Below are positions 45,623 through 59,789 of a stretch of DNA of 64,000 nucleotides, piece by piece. The notes below the pieces were generated by a model. It saw only the letters and a list, made by a program, of their open reading frames with translations, was not told the DNA's origin and did no database searches. Position numbers and translations under genes: made by a program. The stretch's first letter is position 1, and each line of letters opens with the position of its first letter. The stretch comes from Camelus dromedarius (taxonomy: Eukaryota). The stretch is from the NCBI RefSeq assembly GCF_036321535.1, contig NC_087437.1, positions 89,530,001-89,594,000 on the forward strand, in the 5' to 3' direction.

Positions 45623-46024
45623 CAGGGATATTCCCAGATGAGTGCAGATTCCCACAGACATTGGCCAGCCCTGCAACTCCACACTGGGGGCAAGGACATC
45701 CTGACCCAAATGTCCCCATGCCTGTGCCTAAGCCCCCACCTGGCATGGGCTGCAGTGGTCACTGGGTATGAGTCTGGGAAGGGCAGCTGAGAAATGGCCC
45801 TGTTGGGCAAAAAGGTGGCGAGAGGCAGAATCTTAACAGGAGCAGAAGCTCCTGGGCCCCAGCACATGCTCCCTTACCCCACCCTCACCCCTTATTGGAC
45901 TTCACTTACCAAACACAAATTCTAAGATAAAATTATGAAGAACTTCAAGATGGCCACTGCAGGATATTAAACCTCAAGCACGGACATCCTCTCCACTGGT
46001 CACCCACCCATGAAACCAACCCTG
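45623..46024. mobile_element. Possible hAT-Tip100 DNA transposon remnant (Arthur1-like)
   Basis: 3' terminus catgaaaccaaccctg resembles the recalled Arthur1 TIR. Confidence 0.45.
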
Positions 46025-46974
46025 ATGGTAAGTTTTGGATTATAGCTTCAAAGAACAAGTCATGCTACATAAGAACTAGTATTGCCTGAGATTATAAATG
46101 TAAGCAGATCCCTAACTACCTAAATCTGGATTTAAACAGATTCCCATTTGTGTATTTGACACAACGTGACTAATTTTTTCAATAAATGGAGTCTGTTGCT
46201 TTGGTTTGCTTGTAATGTTGGGCTTTGATTGCCTATGATATGATCATTTCCAGCGGTATTTCAGTAACTTTGCCTCCAGAGCACCAAGCTAATTGGTACA
46301 ATAAATTGGGAAGATATACTCCTCTTCACCAGGCACTTCCCAACACCTGTATGCTCCCCTGGCGTGACCAAAGCCTCCTCTAGTAGAAAGTTATTCATTT
46401 CTTACCTCCATGATTATCACGTTCCCAAACTGTTCCTTTCTCCTTTACACACAGCCATTAAAAACAAACAAACAAACAAACAAACAAACAAAAAACAACG
46501 TAACTCCGCTTTGGGTCCTACTTCCCCGTCAGCAACCTCATTAAACACAATTTACATCACATTGTATTTTAATCATTCATTTGTGAGGACACAAAAAGAA
46601 GCTCAGAATCTTAGGAGTTTACCAGCAGTGACTCCAAGATTCCTGCAATGTAGATGATGCCTCTGACAGATGAACACAGCTAGTAATGTTCTACAATGTC
46701 AGGGAATGTCAGGGAAAGGAGAACCTATGTTCCCAGGGGCAACAAACTGCATAACAGAGAGGCAATGGCATTCAGTAGTTAGCTTTATGCTCTAAACATG
46801 CTCTTCCACTAAATAGGCATGTATGTGACTTCTTATACCTGAGTTTCCTCTTTTATAAAATGTGATATTTGCTTGGGATTTTTTTTTTTCAAAATTATCT
46901 TTGGTGGGAAAATGATATTTCTTCTATGTCTCTGGGGAGGCAGAAAGTATTTAGATTTAGAGACTCACATGGTG

Positions 46975-47866
46975 GGTGAAGGGAAAAGCAACACTCTACT
47001 CTCACTGAATACTTCTGTAGTCCAAATCTGTGGTGGAAGGGGAGGCGGGGCAGGGATTCCCACACCAACCAATTCTCTGACACCAGCTGTAAGTCCTACA
47101 ATTTAACTCAATTCTAACACTAACTGTCTGGAGTTAAAGCAAGACCCACAGGTTAAAAGCTCAGTCTCACAAGAGTGCCATGACTTCAGATACCAATTGC
47201 AAGCAGTGAGCCCCCAGGTTACCTGCAACTTCTGAGTGACTTGGCTATAAATCATGGGTATCCACAAGCCTCTCAATTTTGATCATGCACTAGAATGGCT
47301 CGCAGAACTCAGAAAAAGTTTATTTACCAGATTACCAGTTTATTACAAAAGGATATACCTCAGGAGCAACCAGGTAGAAGAGATGCACAGGGCAAGGTAT
47401 GGGGAAAGGGGCGCAGAATTTGCTAGCCCTCTCCAAGCGCTCCACCCTCCCAGCACCTCCATGTGTTCATCGACGGGAAAACTCTCCCAGCTTCATAGAT
47501 TAGGGATTCTTTATGCAGGCTTCATTACATAGGTATAATAGATTGGATAACTGGCCATTGGTAATTGACTCAACTCCAGGAGGTTCCCCTTCCCTGGAGG
47601 TCAGGGGGTTGGGGCTAAAAGTTCCAATGCTCTAATCACCTGGTTGGTTCCCCTGGCAACCAGCTTCCATGCTGAGGCTACCTGGGAGCCCTCCACTACC
47701 AGTCATTTCTCCCAGCACAGAAAAAGACACATCACTTCTGGAGAGTCCAAGGTTGTTTTGTTTGTTTGTTTGTTTGTTTGTTTGTTTTGCCAGACACAGG
47801 TGTGTGCAGGGATTGGGGGTGATGGTGCTGGTAGGGGAACAAAAATTATGTATTTCTTATTATGTC
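46975..47866 (-). mobile_element. MER21-like LTR
   Basis: gacaccagctg...tcctacaatttaactcaattctaacact...tggttcccctggcaaccagc, with an internal (GTTT)n. Confidence 0.8.
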
Positions 47867-49620
47867 GGGGGGTGGAACCCCAATGCCTTACTACCAAGAT
47901 CACAGGTAGTGGCTGCGTACGAAGGGCAGACATGAATGAGGAGCATTTTCCCCCCTGGGGACATGACACTTGGTGTAAGATTATAGCAGAGAATCTTAGC
48001 CTGTAGTTCATGGTTAGACTTAAAATGTGCTCTGATTTCTACACAAAATACTGTGTGTGCCCAACTTTACATGACTCCATCAGATTAGCAGGAAAATCTG
48101 TAAGCAAAATATGATTGCATATGCTAAGGCCTTCCATGCTACCTCAGAAAATAGTAAGGACTTCAGTGTCACCTGAGACAATACATGTGTTATTTGGTGC
48201 TTAAGAGCAGGAAGTAGCCTGAAGCACAGGAATGAATAATTTAGGGCAAGAGGCACAAAGTTGATAGGTTTACATTTTCATGGAAACAAATTAATTTTAA
48301 ATAGGTACTTTTTGAAATAAATGAACATGCCATTGGTAGATTATGTAGGTAAAGTAGGAGTACTTAATCCCCAAATCCCCCTGCAGTGGAGCTGAGGAGT
48401 TTGTGAAATCATAAACCCTTTTTGATCCCATTTCATAAAGCTTCTCTGATTTCTGGAAAATGGGTATTAAGATGTTCCCATTTGGTAAAACTGCCAGACA
48501 AACCTTACTTTGAAGATTTTTCCAATTCCCCTCTATTTATTTTTTTCTCCCAACACGTTGGAAAAAAACTCATCTTCTGATATTCTCTTAATTTGGGAGT
48601 AAAAAAGACATATAATTCTGATACACCAATTTTACTAGTTAAATATGTTTTCTATCTTAGAGTGAATGAATGATTAGCACATTCCGGAAGTATTACGTTG
48701 CTTTCCAGAAATATTTTATTAGTGTAAAAGTCCTACACAGCATTATTATTGTATACCAACTCCAACAGACGTGAAAATGTAGTCTTTAAATTTGCCATGT
48801 GCTCATATTCTATGCACCCTGTGTAGGATTCAGTTTAGTAAAGACAAAAAGTAAAGTTTTGATAGTATGTGCAGGACACCTGTTTTTAGAACATCTAACG
48901 ATGTTCTCATTCTGAGCATTGTTATAGCCACTCTTCAGAAGGTAAGTTGATTTCCTAAATTTTCTAGCATAATGAACTATTAACTTATTAATCAGCCCTA
49001 TTTAAAAAAAATCAAAATAGAAAATCTTCATAGAAATAACCATTGAATTTGAGACTGTGAACAATGGTTGAAAGATAGGCTATTTGTTTTTCTGTTTGTT
49101 TAAGCATGAGACTTTTTTCATAATTATACTTTAAAAAAAATTAGAATTTCCCACTTCTTTCTCCAACACAGTAATGCCAAAAATACAGAAAATGGTCAGT
49201 ACTTGGAAGGATAATTTAATAATCAAGAGGTTTTTGAAGGGCTAGGCATAAGATGCTATAGTCAGGTTCTTGGGGGAGTTCATGAGGTAAGGGATTTAAT
49301 ATATAGTAAGTATTCACTAGTTCTGTTTTGATTAAATCACATGCAATGTAGAGTAGCACCAAGTAGCATTTAAAATGCAACCGGGAAATTGCTTCTTCCC
49401 CCTTTAATTTTCTTTCTATACATTTTTTTAATTTGCCAGGTTTCAAAACATTAGGAAAAAATTATCTTTAAATTTCCCAAACCAAAGTATGGTTTGAAAA
49501 CCATTTAAGACTATTTCCTGAAAGTTCTTGTTTTAAAGGAGTGTACAATTATTTTTAGCATTATCCCAGGATTGTCACATAGTGAAAATCCTTCTCATAG
49601 ACTAAAACTCCTCTGCAATT

Positions 49621-49786
49621 TTTTAAAATTTATTTATTTATTATTTTATTTTTGGGGGGAGGTCATCAGGTCTATTTATTTACTTATTATTAGTTGTTTT
49701 TTTTATTAATGGAGATACTGGGGACTGAACCCAAGACCTTGTGCATGCTTATCATGCACTCTGCCACTTGAGCTATATCCTCCCCT
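49621..49786 (-). mobile_element. tRNA-derived SINE (camelid vic-1-like)
   Basis: actggggactgaacccaagaccttgtgcatgc...gagctatatcc. Imperfect TSD ctcctctgcaatt/ctcttatgcaatt. Confidence 0.8.
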
Positions 49787-50189
49787 CCTCTTATGCAATT
49801 ATTAATTAAAAACACTTAGATTTTATATTTTAGTGGATTCTGTTAAGTAGCATTTTCAGTATGCTTCCTTGATTTTAAAAGAATGCCAAATAATGCTTTG
49901 ACAGAAACAACAATTGCCATTATGAAAAGATGGAACTGATTTATCTAGGAAACAAGGATGTCATGTACGTATCTGATGGAAGAGCTCGAGTGAGAGTGGG
50001 CACTTTGGGTAACTGTAAAAGAAATAAAGAATCGTGTCTATGAATGTATTACTTCAAATGTCTTTCAGTGTTGAATTGGATCTTCCACATAGGATCAAAT
50101 TTGCTAACTTGTATCACAGGGCTTCTTTTGCTAGGAAAAAATGAATGAAAGTAAACAAAACATTATTTCATAAAATAAACCAGATACAA

Positions 50190-50222
50190 AATCTTGCCTT
50201 GTATTTACAGATAAATTTTAAT
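50190..50222 (-). terminator. Probable distal polyadenylation site of CADM2
   Basis: Minus-strand ATTAAA (50217-50222), then ~17-20 nt, then U/GU-rich sequence. Pumilio element TGTAAATA at 50202-50209. Confidence 0.55.
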
Positions 50223-53200
50223 GGAATATTTCATGGTCTAACACAAATATCAGACCCAATGACACTAATTCTTGTACAGCCTTTGGCTTACCCTGTATAA
50301 CAAAATCTGTTATTTAAAGTAGACTATAAAATACCTTATGGTAAGTGAACTTCCAAAGACACAAAGAAAATCCTCCATAAATTTAAAAGCTTATCTCAAA
50401 TTCTTATTGGCATAAGCCTAGAATGGATATATTATTAATTGCATTATCTTAGGTAGTTGAGATATATAATACTGGTTAGAGTGTGAAAATTAAAAAAAAA
50501 AAGTTTTAGGTATTTTTGCTTCTGTTCCTAGTCAGTATTAGTAAGCACACATAAGTGATTGTAAAATTACCTTTACAGATTTTTGGAATTTTGGCAATTT
50601 CAAGCAAATTTCCTTAAGTCAGCAACATTTTTTTTAACCCTTAGCATATTACAAGGTTCATATATTCCAAGGAGTAACGATTAAATGTTGTACAAATAAA
50701 ATAACATTTATTTTACTACTGCTTAGTTTTTAAAACTTCCATTAAGAAATTTACAAAGAAAATGGGCATCACTGAGAAAATCTAAAATGAATGGACAATG
50801 TATGAAATTGAAAAAGATATGCAAAATGATGTGCTTGGCATAAAATAGTATGTTTTGTAACATCTTTCATAATCTGTCAATGGAAAAAAAATTTTCCACC
50901 TTTCAATGTCTGTTTTCAAGCCTAAACAACTAAATGAATAAACAATTCAATAATGTCCAACATAACTAAAACTCAAATTTTATTTGTTTCCATATGTATC
51001 AGACAGTTTTTTTCTGACAAGACTTTACTGAAAGATGAAGTGCAAATGGGAACCCTGTAAGAATGTTTATAAGAGTTGTACATGACATATTTTAAGCGCC
51101 ACTAAGTACACATTGAATACTTTGTAAGTATATAGGCATATCAACATGCAAGTGTCATGTACCTAATATTACAATATGCATTTTGGTTTTTGAAAATGTT
51201 AATGGTAACAGTAGATTCAGTAGTTGTGTTTCCTTATCTTCTGTGCAATATGCTTGATTTCGGTGCATCTTCTTTACAGCACAGAGTTTATTTTTATGCT
51301 GTCATAAATATACCCTTCCAAAAGTTATGAATTTCATGTCATATAAATAAGACATTTCCTTTTTGAAGCTACATTACTGGGAACACCTGCATTTCTGGGT
51401 ACCATTTTCTGAGATAAGTCTTTAAATTCTTTTTAACATGGCAGACTTGTTCCGATGTTGGTTATGTTGAAATATTTATGATAAAAATGGAGCTTTCTTG
51501 AGGGAATATTTTTTGGTTGAATGAAAAGCTAAACAACCAATTTGCAAATATTGATGTGAAGTGAATATGAAGAAAATAGGTCAGTAATCCCAAACTCATA
51601 AATCCTTGGGTTACTACTTAACTGCGTCATTGAATCTACAATAAGTACAGCAGGTACAGTTAAATCAATTTGTAAAGAGATGAATTTTATACATTTAGAA
51701 GGAGAAAGAGTACTAGTTTTGAAAATTTTCTAAATTACTTTTCTTTCTATTTATGAGACTCATTCAATACATTAGAAACACAGAGAAAAAGCAAAAACGA
51801 TAGAGATAACAATTCAGTTTACATTTCAGTTTTTTTTTTTTTTTAACCAACGGGTGACCACTGCTTTCAACCATCAAATATTTTATTGCATATAACTTTC
51901 ACTATCAGCAAATATAAAGAGAAAAGTATCTACTAGTATCATGTACAAGGAAAAGCATCTGAAGAAAGAAAACACTTGAGGTTTGACAGTACGGTGTCTA
52001 AGTGAAATGTGGCGTTTCATTCCGCACTTAAAAGTCCATGTAGGAATCACTGCTGTTCTGACCCTGGATGTGGGAAAAGTGCTTAAGTGCTGAGCCCTGG
52101 TAGGTTTTTCTTTTGCCCCTGCAATCTTCAGATATCTTTTAAGTTTCTTCTTTTGAAATATACATTATATTTCATAGGGGAAAATAGTTTTTTTTTCTTT
52201 ACATCTTTTTTCACATTTGGGCCCACTCTCTCCAAAATAACTATACATTTATTGTAATATATATATATATGTATGTGCACATATATATATATAGAAAAGA
52301 TGTTAAAGATTACACCAAATATCATTTGTAACATAACCACATAACAGAAATACCTTACTTTAACTTTAAGCATATTTTATAGATTCAGCATCATAATTTG
52401 AGATAATTTTTATGTCCTTTCTCTCTAAAGGAAAAAAATCTCTTTTCAAAGTGTCATTTCCTTTCAGAAGAATTAAATTACAGCCTTTGAAGAATTCATA
52501 TGTCTATGCAGACAAAATAAAGTGGGCATTTGTGGCAATACTTTGCAGTCACTATTCAGGGATTATTTGTTAAGGAGGCAATTTTAAATACTTAAATATT
52601 GGTCTTACATAGATAACACTTCTTGGGAAAATAAATCACATATATGATTTTTACTTAAAAGCACAGTATTAATTTATAAGAAATTATTTCAAGTAGTAAA
52701 TGAAATGTCAGCTTGGATTGCAAAGTGTTGCCATTTAAAGTACTGTTTTAAAATCAACACAATTATATCACATTGAAATAGTAAATAGGCATGAGAAGAA
52801 CTATCCTTAGAAAGTTATTGTATTTTTGCTTATAGGAAAAGTTACTGATAGAAAAGGAAAAACAAATGTAGATCCATACACCGTCGAATACACTAAAAGT
52901 AAAGTTGGCTTTTGAGATCTCCCAGGGGGTGGGGAGCGGACTGTTATGATAGTCCCAAAAGAGTGCTTCCTGGGATATCTTGTAAATAGTTATTTCTTCT
53001 ATTTATATTGAAGTATCATAGCCCATGTTAAAAGTGAGAGGTAGAAGAATTATTGTAAGTATGCATGGCAGAGAACTTACCAGCTATATCCAATAACTAT
53101 TGCATTCAGTATTAATAATCTCAATACATAAAAATGCTGATGAGTTTAGAACCCATTTTTACATGTTGTCCCCTTTAGCTCTCTTTTCAAATCTTGCTAC

Positions 53201-56200
53201 TTTCAATCCATTGCCTTTGGAAGGGTATAGGTGCAAAGGGCATGTTTGGGATGAAACAGAGAGAGAAAGGGAAGAAAGAATAGAAAAAGAAAATATATTA
53301 AAAGGTCCCATTAAGATATAGTGGCTCTAACTATTAAAGGTAACCTATGTTCTTTGAATAAATTTGTACTTGTAATAAAAGTACCACTATCCATTAAAAC
53401 ATACCATATTCAACATAACATATCCAAATTCAACTAGGTTGAATCAAAGTTTAAAACTCAGGTTATTTCTTTCTCTCCAGCTAAAAACTAGGTGTACTAA
53501 TTTTATTGTGTCATGTTAATGATTAAGTAAGAAAAACTTAATGTGTTGTTATGTCAGTTGTATTTTTAATTAATGCTTTCATATGAGGGAGGCGAAGATT
53601 AGCAACCTCTTAGATCTTGAAGAATTCTTTAAAATCCCTTTGCATTAAGTATCCAGCAATAGAGTTGCAGATATTGCACTGAGTGTATTTCCGTATTGCC
53701 AGTGTATATTTCAAAACAAATTCTATTATCTACACTAAGATTTCCTCTTTCCCAATATTCAAAATGCATATTATAATTACATGGGTTTCCAACATCCATA
53801 CACAGCAAGTACAAGATACTTACATGTACGTACACTGTAGTTACCTATATTTTGCATAGTTTTTAGTGTGTACTTTGTGCCACTTAATTAAAAGCATTAC
53901 TCGGTAATTCTTCTTAGGTGTTTCATTTCTTTCAGCTGTGGTTGCCAGCTGTTTTTTGGTTTTTTGTTTTGTATGGTATATTCATCACAGATTACATTTG
54001 CAAAGGGGGATTCTGGTGGGCAGTTTTAGAGGGCTGTAAGTAGTTAGCAATAGGACGGGGAAGTTGCAGTAAGATATGAGGTTTTGCACTTTCTCTATGA
54101 TTAAAAAATGGAATATGAAATTTCATATTTATCATTCATTGAATTATCCTTATGGCCAAAGAAAAAGAAAAGGTATTTCAAATGTTCCCCTTGGTAACAC
54201 TTTGCAATAAGTGGCACTAAATTACACGATAACTGCTATGTTACATGGAAGAACCATCACCGTCAAACAGCTGCTGTACACGTGCCTATGTGGAATCGCA
54301 ATGCTGTTACAATCATGAGTACGTAATTACAAGTGAGCCTGTCCTTCTAATTGAGATATTTATATTTTTACAAAGAAATAAAAATAAAGGAGGTGTTAGC
54401 TTCTTTGCCATATTTAGGAAAGTTAGTTTTCTTTCTCTATCTGTTATTTTAATTGTGGGGTTTCAATGCAAGATTAAGCATCTTGAATCAATATGAGATC
54501 ATCCAGTTTCTAGATTAAATTCCAATGTCAGGTTCCTTAAACTGCTGCTTGGATTCTCTGGTAAAAGAAAGCAAGATGAACTCTCTCACTTTCCCTCTCT
54601 CTCACACACACATGCGTGCACGCAGGCACATGGACACACACACACACATCGATACTTTGCTCATGCTATCTTTGCTCTTGCACTCACAAACTTTCCTTTT
54701 TCTTCTCAATTTTGATAATTGTTCTATCTAGGACACTCAAAAATGGAAATAAGAAAAAAAAGAATGCTGTTTACACTTTTTTGGATGGAGGACAATCACT
54801 TTACACTGTAAACATTACATGGGCAGAGAATAGCTACTTTGGGGAAAGAATAATGTTCCATGTTCTACCAAGGGTGTGTATGTGTGTACACACTCCTTCC
54901 ATTGAATTTTGTGGCTATGGTGGTCACTAAACAAAGACAGAGTTGGGCTCTCTGGGCATACAAGTGTGTATGTTTCAGGCATTGCAATTGACACAGTCCA
55001 TTTAGAAATGTTATTTCCTATTTTTTTCCGATTTTTTTTTTTTAGAAATGAGCAGAGTTTCTACAATTTATCTCCTTGTTTGGTGGAAATCAAGTTATTT
55101 TTAAAGATAGGAAAATATAATTCCATTGCTATTTTCTTTCAGTAATTGAAAATGATACCTAATTCAAAATCTGTTTTAACTGGCAGAATATTTGATTAGC
55201 ACTCACAAACCAGTTAGTTTCTTTTACAGAGTTCTAATGAGTTTTTAGATTACTGTAAAGGGTTAAAAGAGTCAAAAGTCTTGAAATGCAACCAATTTGG
55301 GGTTTCTAATTTTACAGTGCTATAAATAATGATTGAGTTATTTAGGCAACAATTTAGCAGTTGGAGCCGAGCAGAATACAGATGAAATGAAGAGGGATGT
55401 AAATACGGCATCAATGAAGAGTAGCAATTTTGTAAGTGCATCCTGAAATTAGGCTTTAAATAGTAACTGATGATGCAGTTTATACAACTTACTTCTCTAA
55501 TAAGAACCCTTCCATTTTGTACTAACAGGATGAATTTTGCTTTGTGGAGTCTTTCTAAAGATTATGCATTGAAAGTTATGAACAGTTTATAAACCTATTC
55601 TAGTTTCAATGTGTCTAGTAGCACCTACCTGATTCTCTCAAACTACCATACTATATTAACATATTATTGCATTTTTCCACAGATGGTATGGAGTGAACTG
55701 TAAAAACAAGCATGCAATCACATCAATGCAGACTTATTTCCTTAAAATGTCATACTGTATATGATTTATTATGTTAACACTCAACCACATCATATTATTT
55801 ATGTTCTGTATATTCTGAAAAAGTGCTGCTTGACTGACATCGTCCTTTTTCTTTTGTGAGAAATCAACAAGATAAATGCTTCAACAGTCAAAAAAATTTA
55901 AAAATTCTCACGTCCTTAAAAGACTTATACTTTTCTGATAAATAATCTAAGATACAGCACCCTTGTCTTTCATTTGATAGTAATACATGATGTCATACTC
56001 AACCATTCTCATTTCCCAAAAATAAATTCCAAGATATTATTTTTAAAACCATAGGCCATCATGCTTTCAGACATCACAAGAATAGCTACCACATTGTCAC
56101 ATTTGTTTTCTTCATAAAGGTGCAATGCTTTTGAATGGGGAAATAATTTTTACCTTACTGGATTTTTTAATCTTCAGCATATAATAAGTCTAATGAGAAC

Positions 56201-57754
56201 TAATCTAGTAATATCGTATTTTTCTTAGGAGAAATAATATGACTTTAGATTGACTCTGTGTCATATTTAAGAATACAGCATTTCTTAATGGTTAAATACA
56301 TCAAAATTTCAGAAATAATCCAGAGAAAGAGACTTTCACCTTGGAGTTAAAAGCATGGCAGAAATTCTCTATCACTCACTGTTTCATAAGTTTGTACCTC
56401 ACAAAATGCATAGACAGGAATTTAATATAAAGAATTAGTTCATTTATACAGAAAACATATCTTAAACACTTCTTTTTGGCAAACCAACATAGGTAAGCAG
56501 CTCTGGAACTGCCAAATTAAAATTTGTAAATTTTTAGCAAACTAAGAGTTTATTTTTAGGTTATTATTCAACTGTAGTTGTCATTTAAAACCTGAGGCTG
56601 TGCACTGGTTGTTAGCTTAAAATTACCTTTCCTTATAACATTGTGCTTCCATTGTATAACAAATAAAAATTAACAAGAACTAGAAAAATTTGTTGTTGAA
56701 CAGTGCTAGGACATACAGACAAAAATACTAATACATGTTATCTACTTATAATATTGGTTTAAGTAATATCTAAAGGGATATAATGGACATTAGAAAATGC
56801 TTACTCATGATTGAATTACCTACAGCCAAAAAAGTTAAATATGTATCAAATAATGTTTAATTGGATTTATTATATGCACTATATACAGATACTAAAATGT
56901 CTCAAAATTGTGCCCTATGGATATTTCAATTCTGTTTAGGCAGGTGAGTCTTTGTGGAGCAAATAAATTACAGAATCAAATTAGAGAAATGAATGGAATC
57001 TCAGTGACTCTCAAAGCCATAAAATTTATTGGTATATGAAGCTAAAATAACTTGATAGTAGGATCTATATCATTATATACGATACCATGTCATGATTGCA
57101 CTCCAGACACATGGCTTCTGTATCAAATACTATATTTTTAAATAGCAAATTGATACAGCTTTACCAGTATAATCGCAAACATTCCAGAATCTACACTACA
57201 GTGGGGTTTTTTTTTTTCAGTTTGTGTTTTCTAGGGCATATGCTTCCAAAACATGTCTTTGAAGAAAGACATGTAGAAAGCATTGTAAACCTCTAATATC
57301 TGATTAAACATATGCACATTAGGTCTTTACCTAATCCTGTTCCTTGTGAAAGCTGTCCAGTGGCAAACTGCCCAGATCTATGATTCGAAGAGAATAAAAA
57401 ATGAGGGGGGACGGGGGCTCTGCATACATTTTTTTCAATGTATAAAAACAATTCAATATCATGATCCAAGGAGATGATTAACATTGTTAAGGCTGTATAT
57501 TCAAGCACTGTATGTTAAAAGAGCGATGGTGTGGAATTTAGGCAGTAAGAAATGTCCTGCATTATGGATGGTACAGTAATTAAAGAATGATGCTTTTGAC
57601 AGCTGATTGTTGGTATATACTGGCTACTGATAGCAGTACAGGATGGAAGTTAATAAAGGTAGCAGAAGATGGTAGAAATGAATTCTGAAAGATGATAGCC
57701 AGTTTTCTCCAGCAGCCAGCCTGGGAAGGAAAATTCAGAATCTTGGCCTGCATT
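50200..57754 (-). other. CADM2: CADM2 long 3'UTR (~7.5 kb)
   Basis: AU-rich stretch almost free of recognisable transposons after the stop codon, with many miRNA seed matches. The distal end is inferred from ATTAAA at 50217-50222. Confidence 0.75.
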
Positions 57755-57873
57755 TTAAATGAAATATTCTTTCTTCTCTTCAGCATTGACTTGGCTGCCC
57801 TCAGCATTGATAATGGCTGTGTCAGCATCTGGTGCGTCTTCAGCTCCCTTTGCTTCATTTGTTAAGTATGTTC
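57755..57873 (-). CDS. CADM2: CADM2 last coding exon, cytoplasmic tail with protein 4.1-binding region and PDZ-binding EYFI
   Basis: cccacag|GA ACA TAC...TTC ATT TAA gives (G)[38 protein letters not shown]. Phase-compatible with the upstream exon across a 797-nt GT-AG intron. Confidence 0.97.
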
Positions 57874-58670
57874 CTGTGGGCATTGGAAGAAAAGTACGTT
57901 AGTTCTGTCAGACCGGTCAAGCAGCCAGTATTCAAGCAACATTCATTTAGGAAGACACTTATGCCAGATTTCTTATATGTTGGAACATATTCTGAGACAT
58001 AAGAAACCACATAGCTCACCCTGCTAAAGCTGTACGCTTTCTTTCAAGTTTCAGGTCTATGTTGTCGATGAAGCTGTGGCCAAGTTGACTAGAGGCAACA
58101 GCCAAATAGGAATGAGTAATGAGTACTTTAATTTCCTTAGTGATGGCTACAGACTATGTGATCTGTGCAGCTGTAGCAATAAGGGTCCTTTGTTAAGATG
58201 CTGAAAGCGGTCACATCAAGGTGTCACCACATTCAGTTTGGTAATTCCATTTAAAAGTAGATTATATCAGTAGTTTGCTACCTAGTCCATTGCAAAATAC
58301 CACATATTCTCCTCACTAATATGGCCACATATGTGTCCAGAAGCCTACAAACAACAACACTGACCAAATGTTTAATGTTAAATAGTTAAATTTCAGTCCT
58401 AGAGATGAAGTACAAACTTGCTTGTATTATCATTATTTTTTTTTTAATGAGCCTCTGACTTGAGCCACTGGCTCAACATTATTTTGCTAAGCCAATCCAA
58501 CTTTAACATGGAGTAAAATAATCAAGAATTCTCTGAAGTAATTTAGTATTTAGATCTCTCTCTCTCCCCTCACCCTGTCTCATACACACACTCGTACAAT
58601 ATTTCAGGATAAGGCTAATCTTCAGAATTTTTTGGCCAAACTTAAGAACACTTTATTAAATATTACCTAC

Positions 58671-58796
58671 CTTTATGTCTTGCTAGATATCGACCAAGCA
58701 AAAATATAGAACACAGTGTGACAAATACAACTACAGCCACAATTCCTCCTATAAGAGCATGATCAGGGCCAGTCTGGCCAGCCAGAGCATTGGGAT
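58671..58796 (-). CDS. CADM2: CADM2 (SynCAM2/Necl-3) penultimate exon, transmembrane segment
   Basis: Reverse complement reads cttttctag|AT CCC AAT...CAT AAA G|gtaggt, 126 nt, translating [42 protein letters not shown](G). Matches recalled CADM2 TM region. Confidence 0.97.
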
Positions 58797-59706
58797 CTAG
58801 AAAAGAGAGGAACATTATTGCTCTAGTCAGTGTGTTATTTAGACATAGAGTACATATATGTCTTCAAATGAGTTCATTTGAAAATCAGCACATGAAAATA
58901 AAATTTTATTAGTATTACACCAATCATCTAGTCAACAGATATTTATTGTGTGCCTATAATGTACAAGATACTTAGGGGGTATAACATTTGACACATTAAT
59001 CACTGTTGGCATTGCTTTTGTATCTAAAGGGAGAACCTGGATAAACAAATACACATAAACGATTTTGTGTAGTTATATGCTTTTTCTTCCTCCTTTTCTC
59101 CATCTGAAAATATGGGGGGGTGTGCATTTTTTAATGTGACAAACACAATTATCCCATGTTAAAAATACAATTATGTCCTAGGAAAGGGTGGGGTCAGAGA
59201 TTATAACAAGATCTATCATTATATAAATATGATTTAAAGCTAAAATTGATGAACTCCTCAAGGGAGTGAGTCTTGATAGAGAGAGAAAAAGGTCTGAAAA
59301 TTGAGTCCTGAAAACCCCCATATTTCAAAGCCTGAAGAAGTCAGAGTGGACTGAGAGAGAGAACAGTGGGGTAGGAAGAGATTCTGCAGAGTACACTGTA
59401 GTTGACAAAGGGGAGGACATACTTCAAGGAGAGGGGGATGTTGCAAATGGTGGTGTGTTATTGATAGAAGGAGGATGATGACTACCCAACATTGAAGACT
59501 AAGTGCCTGTTGCACTTTTAGTTTTAAAGGAAGTGGCTGGAAAGATTAGATTAATCGTATACTTTTACATTCTGCCTTTAGTAAGGTATTACAGGAAAGA
59601 GCTGAGCTCAGTAAAGGATGGCCAGTTTTCAAACAAATGAAAAAATCAAAGAAAGACCCACATTTGGGTACTCAAAAGTTTAGAAAATCAACTATTGATA
59701 AAACCT

Positions 59707-59789
59707 GCACAAGTACACCAGAAATGGACACATTGTAAACTGACTATACTTCAATAAAAACAAACAAACAAACAAACAAACAAACAAAC
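59707..59789 (+). mobile_element. Extremely truncated L1 3' end with (CAAA)n tail, in a CADM2 intron
   Basis: tacaccagaaatggacacattgtaaactgactatacttcaataaaaa. TSD AAAACCT at 59700-59706 and 59790-59796. Confidence 0.8.

Noticed and set aside
57580..57858. 92-aa minus ORF MKQRELK...
   Set aside because: Out-of-frame overlap with the true CADM2 last exon.
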